Below, one piece after another: positions 19,771 to 30,346 of a DNA stretch of 64,000 nucleotides. Each line of letters starts with the position of its first letter. Within the stretch, counting starts at the first letter, position 1. Source of the stretch: a virus. Where the stretch lies: IMG/VR virus record IMGVR_UViG_3300042301_002170; one strand, given 5' to 3'. Made by a program: the position numbers and the translations under genes. The notes beneath the pieces are model-generated. The model searched no databases. It worked only from the letters and a program-made list of their open reading frames with translations, and was not told the origin of the DNA.

Positions 19771-22700
19771 ATGGCAATTACTAAAAAAACATTATTTGCG
19801 GACAATTTAGATAAGTACAATACATTTGTCACAGATACAGACCCGTTAAGTAAATATTTTAAATTAACAGAACTCCCTGATACATTTACTGGTGGTAAAA
19901 ACGCATTCCTTATACAGGGTTCGGAATATTTAGTTGCCGATAGTTTAATAAAAATTGAATTAAAAGATGCAAAAGGTGATATAATTTATCACGAACCAGG
20001 TGAAGGTATAATATCGGCATCCGTTGGTGGAGAGCCAATTATAACTGAATATTATGAGGGTGTATCTAAATTGGTTTCAGTTTATATATACCCAGATACT
20101 GCATATGGTCCTTGTACATTAACAATATTAGGTGAATTATCTTCATATGATAATAATGGAGTAAATACTTTAATACCCGCTAATTGGGAAGGTAGTTATA
20201 ATGTTAAATGGCAAAAAGAAATAAATGTAGTTCCATCTTTAGCGAATACTACAAAAATTCGTTTTTATAAAAGACCAACTGCCAAAATTACCGAAATATT
20301 AAGTCCAATTTATAAAATTGAAAATGATTTAAAAGTAGCATCGGCAGTTACTCAATCTTTTGCAAATATAAAACTTTCAAATTTAGAAACATTTGCAGGT
20401 GATGTAAAACGAATAAAAGTTTTTAGAACATCGGTTGGGGATATTTCTGATTATGATATGATTCAAGATATATTAGTTGAATCAAAAGAACTATTAACAT
20501 CGTTTGGTTTAAGTGGTAGTGTAGTTGGTAATACGGGTATATTTACATCCGAAGTATTAAAAAATCAATGGAATAGTGGTTCTTTAAATGCAACATTAAA
20601 TTCAACAAGAGTTGAAGCGGGTGTAAGATTAACGGGTAGTGGTTTATTTACATATACCCAATCATTAGATTTAAAAAGTACAAATACTTACGAATTAAAT
20701 TTAGATGCATTTTATTCATCATCTACAAGTAGCAATTTAGGAATTTATTTAGTATCCGGCTCAACGAGTAGTAATATTGGAACATTAATAGGAACACAAC
20801 CTACTAAAAATTTATTAGATACAAATATACCATTTAAAATAGATAGAGATTACCCAACTGCATCTTTATATTTTTCTCAATCACAAGGTGAATGGCATGT
20901 TGGTAATGTTAGTTTAAAATTATCAGAAGATACTGCATTTTCACCAGATGAAGTTTCATTTATAACAACAATGCCAACTGTATTGGGTAATGAAACATTT
21001 AATTTTAAATTTGAATTTTATGATGTAAATAATAATTATGTTCCTGTTGCAGTAACGCAATCGGCATTATTTAATGGTGGTAATACAAATATTGGTGGTA
21101 CTATTTTATTAATTAGTTCATCAACATCTCAATCTTTAGCAGATTTAAATAGAGTATCACAATCAATTAGTGGAACGGCTACATTATATAGTTCATCTGC
21201 TAATACTACAATCGTAACACTAAGTGGTAGTGTGAGTGGCACAATTGGAACAGTTAGTGGTTCTGTATTTACTTTAAGTGGTTCTGTAAGTAGTTCAATT
21301 ACTACAGTATCTCAAAGTGTTGCATTAACTCTATCATCATCTCTTTCAAAAGTTCAACAATTAGCAGATGGAAATTATACTGGTGTTTTTATAGATGGTA
21401 CAACCGTTTTTGCACCTGTAATTGGAGGTACAACGGGATATATTAGTGGTAAATTTACGGTAGGTGCTCCACCTAATTCAATTGTATTAGATGCAACTAC
21501 ATCTACTCGTAGAATATACATTGGAACGGGTACATATGGTAATACAAATACAAATGTTTATTTAGATAGTACTGGTAAGTTTTCATTAGGAGATAAATTA
21601 AGTTGGAGTGGAACTGCATTGAGTTTAACTGGCGAAGTTATTATTACAAGTGGTACAACTAAAACTGCAATTGATAATGCAGCTAGTGCCGCAAGTACCG
21701 CGCAAACTACGGCAGATACTGCAAACGCAGCGGCAATAGCAGTTGATGGAAAGGTATTTACTGATTCAACTGGTAAATTATCAAAAACCCCATCACTAAC
21801 ATCTTCTGGACTTTATTTAGGTTCAACTTTTTTGGGTTATTACAATGGTAGTGCGTGGAAAACCTATATGGCTAACAATGGTAATTTCTTTTTAAGTGGT
21901 ACGGGAGATAATGGATTAAGTTGGAATGGAACTACGTTAAATATAACAGGTGAAGTTGTTATTACAAGTGGTACAACTAAAACTGCAATTGATAATGCAG
22001 CTAGTGCCGCAAGTAATGCACAAGGAACTGCAAATAGTGCAGCTACTGCAGCAAGTAATGCACAAGGAACTGCAAATTCCGCAAACGCTACCGCTATAGC
22101 AGTTGATGGTAAAGTATTTACTGATTCAACTGGTAAATTATCTAGAACACCATCACTAACATCTTCTGGATTGTTTTTAGGTTCAGAATTTTTAGGTTAC
22201 TATAACGGAAGTAATTGGAAAACTTATATGAGTAATACTGGTAACTTTTTTTTAAGTGGTGCTGGTACTAATGGATTAAGTTGGAATGGAACTACGTTAA
22301 GTATAACTGGAGAAATAAGTGTTACGGGTGGAAATGCAGCAACAACTACACAAGTTAATGGTAAAATATCAGCAGGTGGCGCAGCATCGGATGTTAATTC
22401 AAATTCAACTACTATAAGTGGTGGGAAGATTAGAACGGGAGTAATTGAATCAACGGGTTATGCATATTCATCTGGTGATTATTCAACAACAGGTACACAA
22501 ATAGATTTAGATAATGGATTAGTTCGTTCTAAAAACTTTGTTATTACATCTGCCGGAGATGCCAAATTTAGAGGAAATATAACTGCAACCGGTGGTTCAT
22601 TTACAGGTGATGTAACTGCTGGTGGTGTAACGATAGGAACTAGTGGTATAAATGTAACTGGTACATATGGTATCAACGTAAACTCTTTGTTAGGTCTAAG

Positions 22701-23277
22701 TATTCAAGGTGATAGAGCTATATCTGGTTATACAAGTTTACGAGAGTTTGAAAATGGTAGGGAAGCGAACACAGGAGAGAACATAGGAGAACAAAATAAC
22801 ACATTATTTACATGGTATACTAGAAATCAAAACGCAGGACAAGGTGCAATATGTGGTATTGCAGCAAGTACGGGTAATCTGAGTTTTTATGGTAATGGTG
22901 GAGTACGTGCTTATCGATTCACTCAAGATGGTGGTGGATACCAAACCGGTTCTGATAGAAGTCTTAAAGATAATATAAATAAACTAAATGACAAATTTGG
23001 AATAGAATTTATTAATAAATTAAATCCCGTAGAATTTGTATATAAAAGAGACCCCCAATATAAAAAGTTTGGATTTATAGCACAAGAAGTATCATCTTCT
23101 TTATTGGAGTATGATATGAATATGGATAATTCAACAATAGTTCAATGTGATGAAAACAATAAAGATAAAACATTAACTATAGATTATACAGAATTTATAA
23201 CTCCATTGATAAAATCAGTACAACAATTATCAGCAAGAATAGAAGAATTAGAAGCAAAACTTAGTGGTTCTATATGA
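19771..23277 (+). CDS. Tail fibre protein with C-terminal peptidase S74 intramolecular chaperone
   Basis: G/S/T/A-rich repeats; SDRSLKDNI...LNPVEFVYK...GFIAQEV...IDYTEFITPLIKSVQQL. Confidence 0.88.
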   Translation: MAITKKTLFADNLDKYNTFVTDTDPLSKYFKLTELPDTFTGGKNAFLIQGSEYLVADSLIKIELKDAKGDIIYHEPGEGIISASVGGEPIITEYYEGVSKLVSVYIYPDTAYGPCTLTILGELSSYDNNGVNTLIPANWEGSYNVKWQKEINVVPSLANTTKIRFYKRPTAKITEILSPIYKIENDLKVASAVTQSFANIKLSNLETFAGDVKRIKVFRTSVGDISDYDMIQDILVESKELLTSFGLSGSVVGNTGIFTSEVLKNQWNSGSLNATLNSTRVEAGVRLTGSGLFTYTQSLDLKSTNTYELNLDAFYSSSTSSNLGIYLVSGSTSSNIGTLIGTQPTKNLLDTNIPFKIDRDYPTASLYFSQSQGEWHVGNVSLKLSEDTAFSPDEVSFITTMPTVLGNETFNFKFEFYDVNNNYVPVAVTQSALFNGGNTNIGGTILLISSSTSQSLADLNRVSQSISGTATLYSSSANTTIVTLSGSVSGTIGTVSGSVFTLSGSVSSSITTVSQSVALTLSSSLSKVQQLADGNYTGVFIDGTTVFAPVIGGTTGYISGKFTVGAPPNSIVLDATTSTRRIYIGTGTYGNTNTNVYLDSTGKFSLGDKLSWSGTALSLTGEVIITSGTTKTAIDNAASAASTAQTTADTANAAAIAVDGKVFTDSTGKLSKTPSLTSSGLYLGSTFLGYYNGSAWKTYMANNGNFFLSGTGDNGLSWNGTTLNITGEVVITSGTTKTAIDNAASAASNAQGTANSAATAASNAQGTANSANATAIAVDGKVFTDSTGKLSRTPSLTSSGLFLGSEFLGYYNGSNWKTYMSNTGNFFLSGAGTNGLSWNGTTLSITGEISVTGGNAATTTQVNGKISAGGAASDVNSNSTTISGGKIRTGVIESTGYAYSSGDYSTTGTQIDLDNGLVRSKNFVITSAGDAKFRGNITATGGSFTGDVTAGGVTIGTSGINVTGTYGINVNSLLGLSIQGDRAISGYTSLREFENGREANTGENIGEQNNTLFTWYTRNQNAGQGAICGIAASTGNLSFYGNGGVRAYRFTQDGGGYQTGSDRSLKDNINKLNDKFGIEFINKLNPVEFVYKRDPQYKKFGFIAQEVSSSLLEYDMNMDNSTIVQCDENNKDKTLTIDYTEFITPLIKSVQQLSARIEELEAKLSGSI
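21595..22320 (+). repeat. In-frame tandem duplication in the tail fibre (318-nt and 360-nt units plus partial third)
   Basis: 57 identical nt at 21641-21697 and 21959-22015; the second unit has an extra 14-aa AASNAQGTANS-type repeat. Confidence 0.9.
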
Positions 23278-24263
23278 TAGTATTCATAACAACAGGTTAC
23301 GGAAAAAATATAGTAGGAGGTTCGGATATATGGTGTAACAACTTTGTAGAAAACATCTTACCATTAGTTACAGAAGATTACAAAATTGTAGTTGATGGTA
23401 GACCTTTATTACCAGAAAAAGATGCAATTTACACTTTCCAAAACGATGAAGAAATCGATAGGATATTGGATGAGTGTGATAAGATAGTGTTTCTACATCA
23501 TTCTTACAAACCAAATCCTATAATCAAAAAGTATCTTCACAAAACTCACACAACTTTTGTTCATGCTTTCATTCCTGATATGTTGGGATTGAATGATGAA
23601 TATGAAAACCTAATGACACGATTAGATTGGCATTGGCAAAAGGATATTTTGGATAATTCTAAAAATATCGTTTGGATAGGTTATGAGAAAGATACAATAC
23701 ATACTTACTTTCCAAACACAATTACTATTCCAAATTATTATGAATGGAAACACAACAAACCATATGAGGATGTTCAGAGTAATAAGATAGGGTATGCTGC
23801 AAGATGTGAAACAAGAAAGAACGCACATTACTTAGATGCAATACCTGCTTTTGTATTCTCAAACAAATATGATTACAAACGAATGTTAGAGGGTAGTAAG
23901 ATAAACGCAGATGTTCATACATTTATAGAGTTTGATTACCGTTTTCACGACAAATTTTTTAAAAAACAATTTAAGATATTTCACGGTTGTTACACCAAAG
24001 AACCATTTGGATACGCAATCTTTGATGCAATAGATAATGGGAAATTACCAATAATACATTCTGATTGGATGAAAGGAATTAAATATAGATACAGAGCAAT
24101 GAATAAAAGACAATTTCATTATCAGTATTTAAGAATATTAGAAGATGGATTTGAAAAAAATAAAAAACAATTTGATAGATTGAAAAAAGGATTAGAAATT
24201 TATACTGATAAAAATAAATGGATAGAAAAAGTTGTTAATCTGAATTTTTTTTCGTATATTTGA
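23274..24263 (+). CDS. Glycosyltransferase, GT-B (GT4-like)
   Basis: N-terminal GGSDIW loop; C-terminal EPFGYAIFDA resembles the GT4 E-x-F-G motif; ATGA overlap with the tail fibre. Confidence 0.7.
   Translation: MIVFITTGYGKNIVGGSDIWCNNFVENILPLVTEDYKIVVDGRPLLPEKDAIYTFQNDEEIDRILDECDKIVFLHHSYKPNPIIKKYLHKTHTTFVHAFIPDMLGLNDEYENLMTRLDWHWQKDILDNSKNIVWIGYEKDTIHTYFPNTITIPNYYEWKHNKPYEDVQSNKIGYAARCETRKNAHYLDAIPAFVFSNKYDYKRMLEGSKINADVHTFIEFDYRFHDKFFKKQFKIFHGCYTKEPFGYAIFDAIDNGKLPIIHSDWMKGIKYRYRAMNKRQFHYQYLRILEDGFEKNKKQFDRLKKGLEIYTDKNKWIEKVVNLNFFSYI
24231..24262 (+). promoter_or_regulatory. Putative Bacteroidota-type promoter (GTTG-N20-TATATTTG)
   Basis: TATATTTG at 24255-24262 with a one-mismatch -33 box; upstream of 24297. 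Confidence 0.6.
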
Positions 24264-24296
24264 TATACTTTTAATTACCAAGCTAAAAAACTGACA

Positions 24297-25064
24297 ATGC
24301 TACCAGTACTACAAGATATAAACTACTTAAAAAGTTACTTAACAAATAATTTAGAATTTAATGAACATCAGGAAGAAGAAGTAATACCAGTTCCTTACAG
24401 ATGGTCACATGGAGCAACTGATACTCATTTAGGTGATGGTTTAATTATTTATTCTCTCATTCAGTATATGAGAGCAAAAGTTTGTGTTTGCTTAGGTAGT
24501 GGAGGCGGTTTTGTGCCTAGATTAATGACACAAGCCAGATATGATTTATACAGACAGGGTATATTAGAAGGAGATGCTAATTTAAATTGGGGAGATATTG
24601 GAGTTACTTATGTAGTTGATGCTATGAATGGTATCGGTGGTAAAGTGGATTGGTTTAAAGAAGAATCTTTTTTTAGAAGAACATTTCATCCTCGTATTTT
24701 ATCAACTACTACAGAAGAAGCATTCCATAACCATTTTGTTTTAAATGATATTAAAATAGATTACTTACATATAGATGCAGGACACAGTTATGAAAATGTT
24801 AAAGAAGATTTTGAATTATATTCCCAACTTATATCCTCAAATGGAATTATTTCTATTCACGATACTGACCCTAATTTTGCGGATAGTTACTTAATAACAG
24901 ATGAAGTAAAAGATAGAGGTGATTTTGAAGATTGGCATGGTCCTATTCAGTTTGTAAAAGAATTAAAAGAAAATCCAAAATGGGAAACGTTTGATTTATT
25001 TAATTTTGGAATAGTAAAAAATAAACCGTCATCAACGGGTCTTACATTAGTTAAAAGAAAATGA
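24297..25064 (+). CDS. Class I SAM-dependent methyltransferase (Methyltransf_24-like)
   Basis: VCLGSGGGF motif I; IDYLHIDAGHSYENVKEDF; GIISIHD. Confidence 0.85.
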   Translation: MLPVLQDINYLKSYLTNNLEFNEHQEEEVIPVPYRWSHGATDTHLGDGLIIYSLIQYMRAKVCVCLGSGGGFVPRLMTQARYDLYRQGILEGDANLNWGDIGVTYVVDAMNGIGGKVDWFKEESFFRRTFHPRILSTTTEEAFHNHFVLNDIKIDYLHIDAGHSYENVKEDFELYSQLISSNGIISIHDTDPNFADSYLITDEVKDRGDFEDWHGPIQFVKELKENPKWETFDLFNFGIVKNKPSSTGLTLVKRK

Positions 25065-25909
25065 TTAGATTAGTTACAGTAACGGGTTCTAGAACAACAA
25101 CATTAAAACATATGTTAAATCACTACAAAGATAAAGTAGATGAAATGCATATTGTTGTGTATGATTGGGAAGAACAATCCAATTTATCAGAAGTTCAAAC
25201 CATAGTATCTCAATTTCCAAATGCTAAAATAGTAAAAGTAGTAGTTGAAGAACTATATAATTGGGAAAAAGTAACTAAACTTTATAATGAAGTAAAATCA
25301 ACACACCCAAATGATTGGTGGGTAATATCCGATGATGATGAATTTCATGTCTATCCTGATTCACTGCAAAGTATTATATCCAATTGTGATGCAAATGGTT
25401 GGGAAATGGTTAGAGGTGGATTTATAGATAGAATTGGTGAAGATGGTGAAATGGTTGAACTATTAGATACCGATGATATATTTGAAAAGTTCCCATACGC
25501 TGGATTTTTTAGACATCCTTTAAGTGGGGCAAACCCAAACAAAATATGTTTAGTAAAAGGTAACATAGAGATTACAAACGGGCAACATTATGCTAAAATA
25601 GATGGACATACGACTTGGAGATGGCAAGGTTGGAATCACCCACTAATTGCACCGATTAAAAAGATTAGTGTGCAAGTTCATCATTTTAAATGGGATAGCA
25701 CTTGTGCCGGTAGAATTAGACACGTTGCGAATCAAAATAAAGATTACTCATATTCGGAAGAATACAGAGTTATGTATAGAGCATTATCAAAGTATAGATT
25801 TAAATTACCATTAGATGATGAAAGATTTGGTTTTGAATTATCACCAACTTATCATTATTTAGGTTACTCAAAATGGAAACAATTAATTAATAAAATAATA
25901 TCAATATGA
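25061..25909 (+). CDS. GT-A glycosyltransferase (GT2/GT92-like)
   Basis: WWVISDDDEF DxD motif; late NPNK and VHHFKW motifs. Confidence 0.75.
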   Translation: MIRLVTVTGSRTTTLKHMLNHYKDKVDEMHIVVYDWEEQSNLSEVQTIVSQFPNAKIVKVVVEELYNWEKVTKLYNEVKSTHPNDWWVISDDDEFHVYPDSLQSIISNCDANGWEMVRGGFIDRIGEDGEMVELLDTDDIFEKFPYAGFFRHPLSGANPNKICLVKGNIEITNGQHYAKIDGHTTWRWQGWNHPLIAPIKKISVQVHHFKWDSTCAGRIRHVANQNKDYSYSEEYRVMYRALSKYRFKLPLDDERFGFELSPTYHYLGYSKWKQLINKIISI

Positions 25910-26082
25910 CGGACGAAGAATTATTATTAGAACAAAGAAAAGTAAAAGCATTAGAAAAGATTTCAAATTCATTAGATGCACTAACTGTTTGGTTTGAAGA
26001 AATAGATAAAGATGAATGGAGTAATAGAGTTCAATATTATTTATCTGAGTGGCATAAAACTGTTGAAAATACTGAAGAATAA
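25906..26082 (+). CDS. Small hypothetical protein (58 aa, absent from the ORF track)
   Basis: MTDEELLLEQRKVKALEKISNSLDALTVWFEEIDKDEWSNRVQYYLSEWHKTVENTEE*; ATGA and TAATG overlaps on both sides. Confidence 0.8.
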   Translation: MTDEELLLEQRKVKALEKISNSLDALTVWFEEIDKDEWSNRVQYYLSEWHKTVENTEE

Positions 26083-27497
26083 TGAAGTTAGGTATAATAG
26101 TACCATACAGAGATAGATACGAGCATCTACAAACTTTTAAAAAATCTATTATAAATTATTTTGAATCTAAAAAAATAGATTACGAATTAATTATAGTAGA
26201 GCAAGATGATGCAAAAGTATTTAATCGTGGAAAACTACTTAATATTGGTTTCAAATATGCAAAAAGACTTAAATGCGATTACGTTGCATTGCATGATGTA
26301 GATATGCTTCCAGTTGATGTAGATTATTCATATTCAGATGTTCCAATACATTTGGCATCTAGATTTGTATCTACACCTGAATTTAAGAGAATTGTATTTG
26401 ATGAATATTTTGGAGGTGTTACATTATTTCCCGTAGATGTATTTGAAAAAATAAACGGATACTCTAACGAATATTGGGGATGGGGTTATGAAGATAACGA
26501 TTTACTACATAGATGTAAACATTATAATGTTGATTTAGATAAAAAGGAAATAAAAACAATGGGTGGTAATACTGCTGCATTGAAGTTTAATGGAAAAAAC
26601 GCATATGTTACTGGTAAAAATCCAATAAATACTAAATCACCTATAACAATTTTTACTACATTTTACGCAGATGAATTGCAATGTAATCATGAAGCATACG
26701 ATGATATATTATCTGTGTTTTCTATTCCAGGATACGATTGTTTAATATCATACAATTCATATAAAAGATATAACTTTGAAATGTATGATTCTCGTAAAGA
26801 AGTTATTTATGTAAACTCAAATATTAAAACAAACTATAAAACTAATATTGCAGTAACAATCGATTTTGATGTTAGAAAAGTAAAAATGTATCAGGATGGA
26901 AATTTAGTAGGTGAAACTACATTTTCAGGTAGAGCGTATCCATATGATAAAGTTGAGAATTTTTATTTAGGAGTTGGTGACCCTAATAGAGAAGAAAATA
27001 ATAAATATTTTAAAGGATTAATAAGTTCTTTTTCAATTTTTTCTAAACTATTAGATGAAGATGAAATAAAAGAAATATCAAATAATCAATTCTTTTCATT
27101 GAGCCAAAATTTTGGAAATTACAAATCATCACATGCATTGGAAGTTTGTTATGATGCTAAATTTATAAAAGATTACGAATTAATTGATTTATCTGGTAAT
27201 AATAACAATGGTATTTTAAATGAATGTGAAATGGTAGGCTATACTTTTGATGATTCTAAAATAATAGAAATACCATTCAGAAGAGATTGTACATTTAAAT
27301 TATTGGCACATGATGAAAATGGTTATGTTGGAAATGGTTGGAAAAATATAACAACTAGATACAATCAATTAAAATATCATAATGAAGTTGCAAAGGGTTA
27401 TAAAGACCCTAAATTTGATGGGTTAAGTAATTTAGAATACAAAGAACATACATTTGCCCATACAAATAATCAAACTCACGTTTTAGTAGGAATATGA
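26082..27497 (+). CDS. GT7 (beta-1,4-galactosyltransferase-like) with inserted LamG domain
   Basis: IIVPYRDR, FNRGKLLN, HDVD, YFGGV, WGWGYEDND; LamG ~26568-27250; C-terminal H and DGLSNL. Confidence 0.88.
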   Translation: MKLGIIVPYRDRYEHLQTFKKSIINYFESKKIDYELIIVEQDDAKVFNRGKLLNIGFKYAKRLKCDYVALHDVDMLPVDVDYSYSDVPIHLASRFVSTPEFKRIVFDEYFGGVTLFPVDVFEKINGYSNEYWGWGYEDNDLLHRCKHYNVDLDKKEIKTMGGNTAALKFNGKNAYVTGKNPINTKSPITIFTTFYADELQCNHEAYDDILSVFSIPGYDCLISYNSYKRYNFEMYDSRKEVIYVNSNIKTNYKTNIAVTIDFDVRKVKMYQDGNLVGETTFSGRAYPYDKVENFYLGVGDPNREENNKYFKGLISSFSIFSKLLDEDEIKEISNNQFFSLSQNFGNYKSSHALEVCYDAKFIKDYELIDLSGNNNNGILNECEMVGYTFDDSKIIEIPFRRDCTFKLLAHDENGYVGNGWKNITTRYNQLKYHNEVAKGYKDPKFDGLSNLEYKEHTFAHTNNQTHVLVGI

Positions 27498-28954
27498 AAA
27501 AACATAAATTAGGTGTATGTGTTCCATATCGTAATAGAGAAGAACATCTAAATAAATTTATACCAATCGTATCTAAATTCTTAAAAGAAAGAGATATAGA
27601 TTTTAAAATTTATTTTGGACATCAGGTAGATGACAAATTATTTAATAGAGGTGCAATGAAAAATGTTGCAGCCAAACATGCGTTTGAGGATGGTTGTGAT
27701 TATATAGTTTGGCATGATATAGATATGGTTCCAGAAGATGATACCTGTGATTATTCGTATCCATCGGATGTACCTCAACATATTGCCGTAAACATATCTC
27801 AATCCGATTATATGTTAAAATACGAACAATACTTTGGTGGGGCAGTGGTGTTTACTAAAGAACAAGCTGAAGCAACAAACGGTTATTCTAATGATTATTG
27901 GGATTGGGGTATGGAAGATGATGACTTATTTTGGAGATGTGTTAAAGAGAATATGGTTAATACTACTACTTTAGATTATCACGTAGAAAAAACTATAGCT
28001 GAATTTAATGGTACATCTTCTTTTATAAAAATTCCTAATAGATTTGGAAATGTATTAAATAACTCACATACCATTTCAATTTTAGTAAATTCTGCACAAC
28101 AAATTGAAAAAGTTGCAATCTGGTTAATAGGAGATGGTAATAGAAGATTTGTTGAATATCCTATATTTAGAAAACCAGGATATGATTGGGGTATATCATT
28201 TAACAATAGTAGAGCATATACTGCTATGTTATGGAGTGCTAATAAAGACCAAATTTATCAATGGTTTAAAAGATACGAAGGTGAATGGACTTGGGTTACT
28301 ATGGTAGTAGATACTGGTAGTAATAATATGCATTTTTATTTAAATGGTAGAGAAAGTTCTGCAAGAAATGGAACAGGTACTTCATCTCCAATAACATTTA
28401 ATTCTCCATTAAAACATTATGGTTCAGAGCCATATTATATTGGTAGAACTCCATCTGTTTTAGGATACGAACCAAACGCGTTTTTTAAAGGAAAAATATC
28501 TGATATAAAATTTTGGAATAGAGCATTAACTCAAACTGAAATATCAAATTTACATACTTCACATCCTACTGATAATCTAATATTACATTATGATTTTGAA
28601 AATATAGATAATACAAATCAAAAAGTAATAGATGCAAATGATGGAGTAAATGGTACATTCTATAACGTAGAATTTAAAAAAGAAAAAATATCAATTCCGT
28701 ATGTAATTTTACCACATAGAAAAAATGGTAGATTTTTATGTTTACCACATCAAACAGAAGGATTAATTACAGTAGGTGGCATAGATAAGTGGGCAAAGGG
28801 TGAAACTACTGCTAGAAATGAAAGGAGATACGTTTTAGAAATGCAACAAGATAAAATTGATTATAAAAACGATGGATTAAGTACCTTAAAATATGAATTA
28901 ATCGAAATAAAAGAATTAGATGAAAATTCTGTTATGATAAATGTAAAACTATAG
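27494..28954 (+). CDS. GT7 paralog with inserted LamG domain
   Basis: VPYRNR, FNRG, HDID, YFGGA, WDWGMEDDD; LamG with FKGKISDIKFWNRALT; C-terminal DGLSTLKY. Confidence 0.88.
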   Translation: MKKHKLGVCVPYRNREEHLNKFIPIVSKFLKERDIDFKIYFGHQVDDKLFNRGAMKNVAAKHAFEDGCDYIVWHDIDMVPEDDTCDYSYPSDVPQHIAVNISQSDYMLKYEQYFGGAVVFTKEQAEATNGYSNDYWDWGMEDDDLFWRCVKENMVNTTTLDYHVEKTIAEFNGTSSFIKIPNRFGNVLNNSHTISILVNSAQQIEKVAIWLIGDGNRRFVEYPIFRKPGYDWGISFNNSRAYTAMLWSANKDQIYQWFKRYEGEWTWVTMVVDTGSNNMHFYLNGRESSARNGTGTSSPITFNSPLKHYGSEPYYIGRTPSVLGYEPNAFFKGKISDIKFWNRALTQTEISNLHTSHPTDNLILHYDFENIDNTNQKVIDANDGVNGTFYNVEFKKEKISIPYVILPHRKNGRFLCLPHQTEGLITVGGIDKWAKGETTARNERRYVLEMQQDKIDYKNDGLSTLKYELIEIKELDENSVMINVKL

Positions 28955-30346
28955 ATGCAAAATAATATTTTTGAAGAAACAAAAAAAAGTTTAGATTCGG
29001 TAGGTTGTGGGTTTTGTTTAGCAAAGTGGACACAAGTTACTATGCATTTGGGTACAGGATTAACTCACTCATGCCACCACCCAACTGCACATAAAATTCC
29101 AATAGCAGAAATACAAAGAAATCCATCTGCATTGCATAATACTAAGTTTAAAAAGTATAAAAGAAAAGAAATGTTGGATGGTAAAAGACCAGCAGAATGT
29201 GATTATTGTTGGAATATAGAAGATAATTCGGATAATTATTCGGATAGAGTTTATAAATCATCGGAACCCTGGTCTAAACCCCATTTGGATGAAATAACTC
29301 ATTCAGATTGGAGAGCAGATTTTAATCCAAGATATGTTGAAGTTAGTTTTTCTAACACTTGTAATTTTAAATGTTCATATTGTGGACCTGAATACTCATC
29401 TCAATGGTTACAAGAAGTTAAACAATTAGGTGGATTTCCAACTTCGGATTCATTTAACAGTTATGATAAACTGGTTGAAAAAAATAAATTACCAATACTA
29501 CAAAGTGAATATAACCCATATGTAGAAGCATTTTGGAAATGGTGGCCAGATTTATATTCCGATTTAAATACTTTTAGAATAACAGGAGGAGAACCTCTTT
29601 TATCAAAAGATACTTGGAAAGTTTTGGATTATATTATAGAAAACCCAAATCCAAATAGAGAATTAAAGTTTGCAATAAACTCTAATTTAGGAGTTACTGA
29701 TGAATTAATTAATAAATTAATCAATAAATTGGATAGAATAATTTCAGAAGATAGAATTAAAGAAGTTATTATTTTTACATCAGTAGATGCGTATGGAGAG
29801 CAAGCGGAGTATATCCGTAATGGTTTAAACTTTAATAAATTTTGGGATAATGTAAACAAAATACTTTATAAACTACCTAAAGTTACAATAACCATAATGT
29901 CTACTTATAATATTTTAAGTCCATTTAGTTATAATAAGTTAATAGAAAAAGTTTGGGAAACCAAAAAAGAACATCAAAATTTAGAAAGATATTGGCAACA
30001 CCCCATCTTATTAGATACATCTTATTTAAGATTTCCACAACATCAAAGTGTTAAGTTATTATTTGATGAACAGAAAGAAACAATATTAGATAACGCTAAA
30101 ACTGCTTTATATTTAGGTGTTCCAATTTTTACAAATACTCATATGGGAATGACTGAAGTTGAAACAGAAAAAATTAAACGAATATATGATTGGGCAATAT
30201 CAAATACAAATTCTGATATTTTAAACACAAATAGAAAAGATTTTGTAAAATTTGTAGATGAACATGATAAACGAAGAGGAACTAATTTTGTAAAAACATT
30301 TCCAGAATTAGAAGAATTTTATAAAAAAATTAAGAATGGTAATTAA
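28955..30346 (+). CDS. Radical SAM protein with N-terminal Twitch/SPASM-like domain
   Basis: CNFKCSYC, TGGEP; N-terminal C...SCHH...CDYCW. Confidence 0.9.
   Translation: MQNNIFEETKKSLDSVGCGFCLAKWTQVTMHLGTGLTHSCHHPTAHKIPIAEIQRNPSALHNTKFKKYKRKEMLDGKRPAECDYCWNIEDNSDNYSDRVYKSSEPWSKPHLDEITHSDWRADFNPRYVEVSFSNTCNFKCSYCGPEYSSQWLQEVKQLGGFPTSDSFNSYDKLVEKNKLPILQSEYNPYVEAFWKWWPDLYSDLNTFRITGGEPLLSKDTWKVLDYIIENPNPNRELKFAINSNLGVTDELINKLINKLDRIISEDRIKEVIIFTSVDAYGEQAEYIRNGLNFNKFWDNVNKILYKLPKVTITIMSTYNILSPFSYNKLIEKVWETKKEHQNLERYWQHPILLDTSYLRFPQHQSVKLLFDEQKETILDNAKTALYLGVPIFTNTHMGMTEVETEKIKRIYDWAISNTNSDILNTNRKDFVKFVDEHDKRRGTNFVKTFPELEEFYKKIKNGN

Noticed and set aside
21595-22320. Tail fibre repeats as DGR template/variable repeats
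   Set aside because: Both copies are in-frame and tandem, differences are not adenine-specific, and no reverse transcriptase is in the window
26082-28954. Eukaryotic or giant-virus origin of the contig, suggested by GT7 and the Mre11-Rad50 fusion
   Set aside because: T4-like terminase, portal, gp21, gp6/gp25 and bacterial promoters and terminators indicate a bacteriophage
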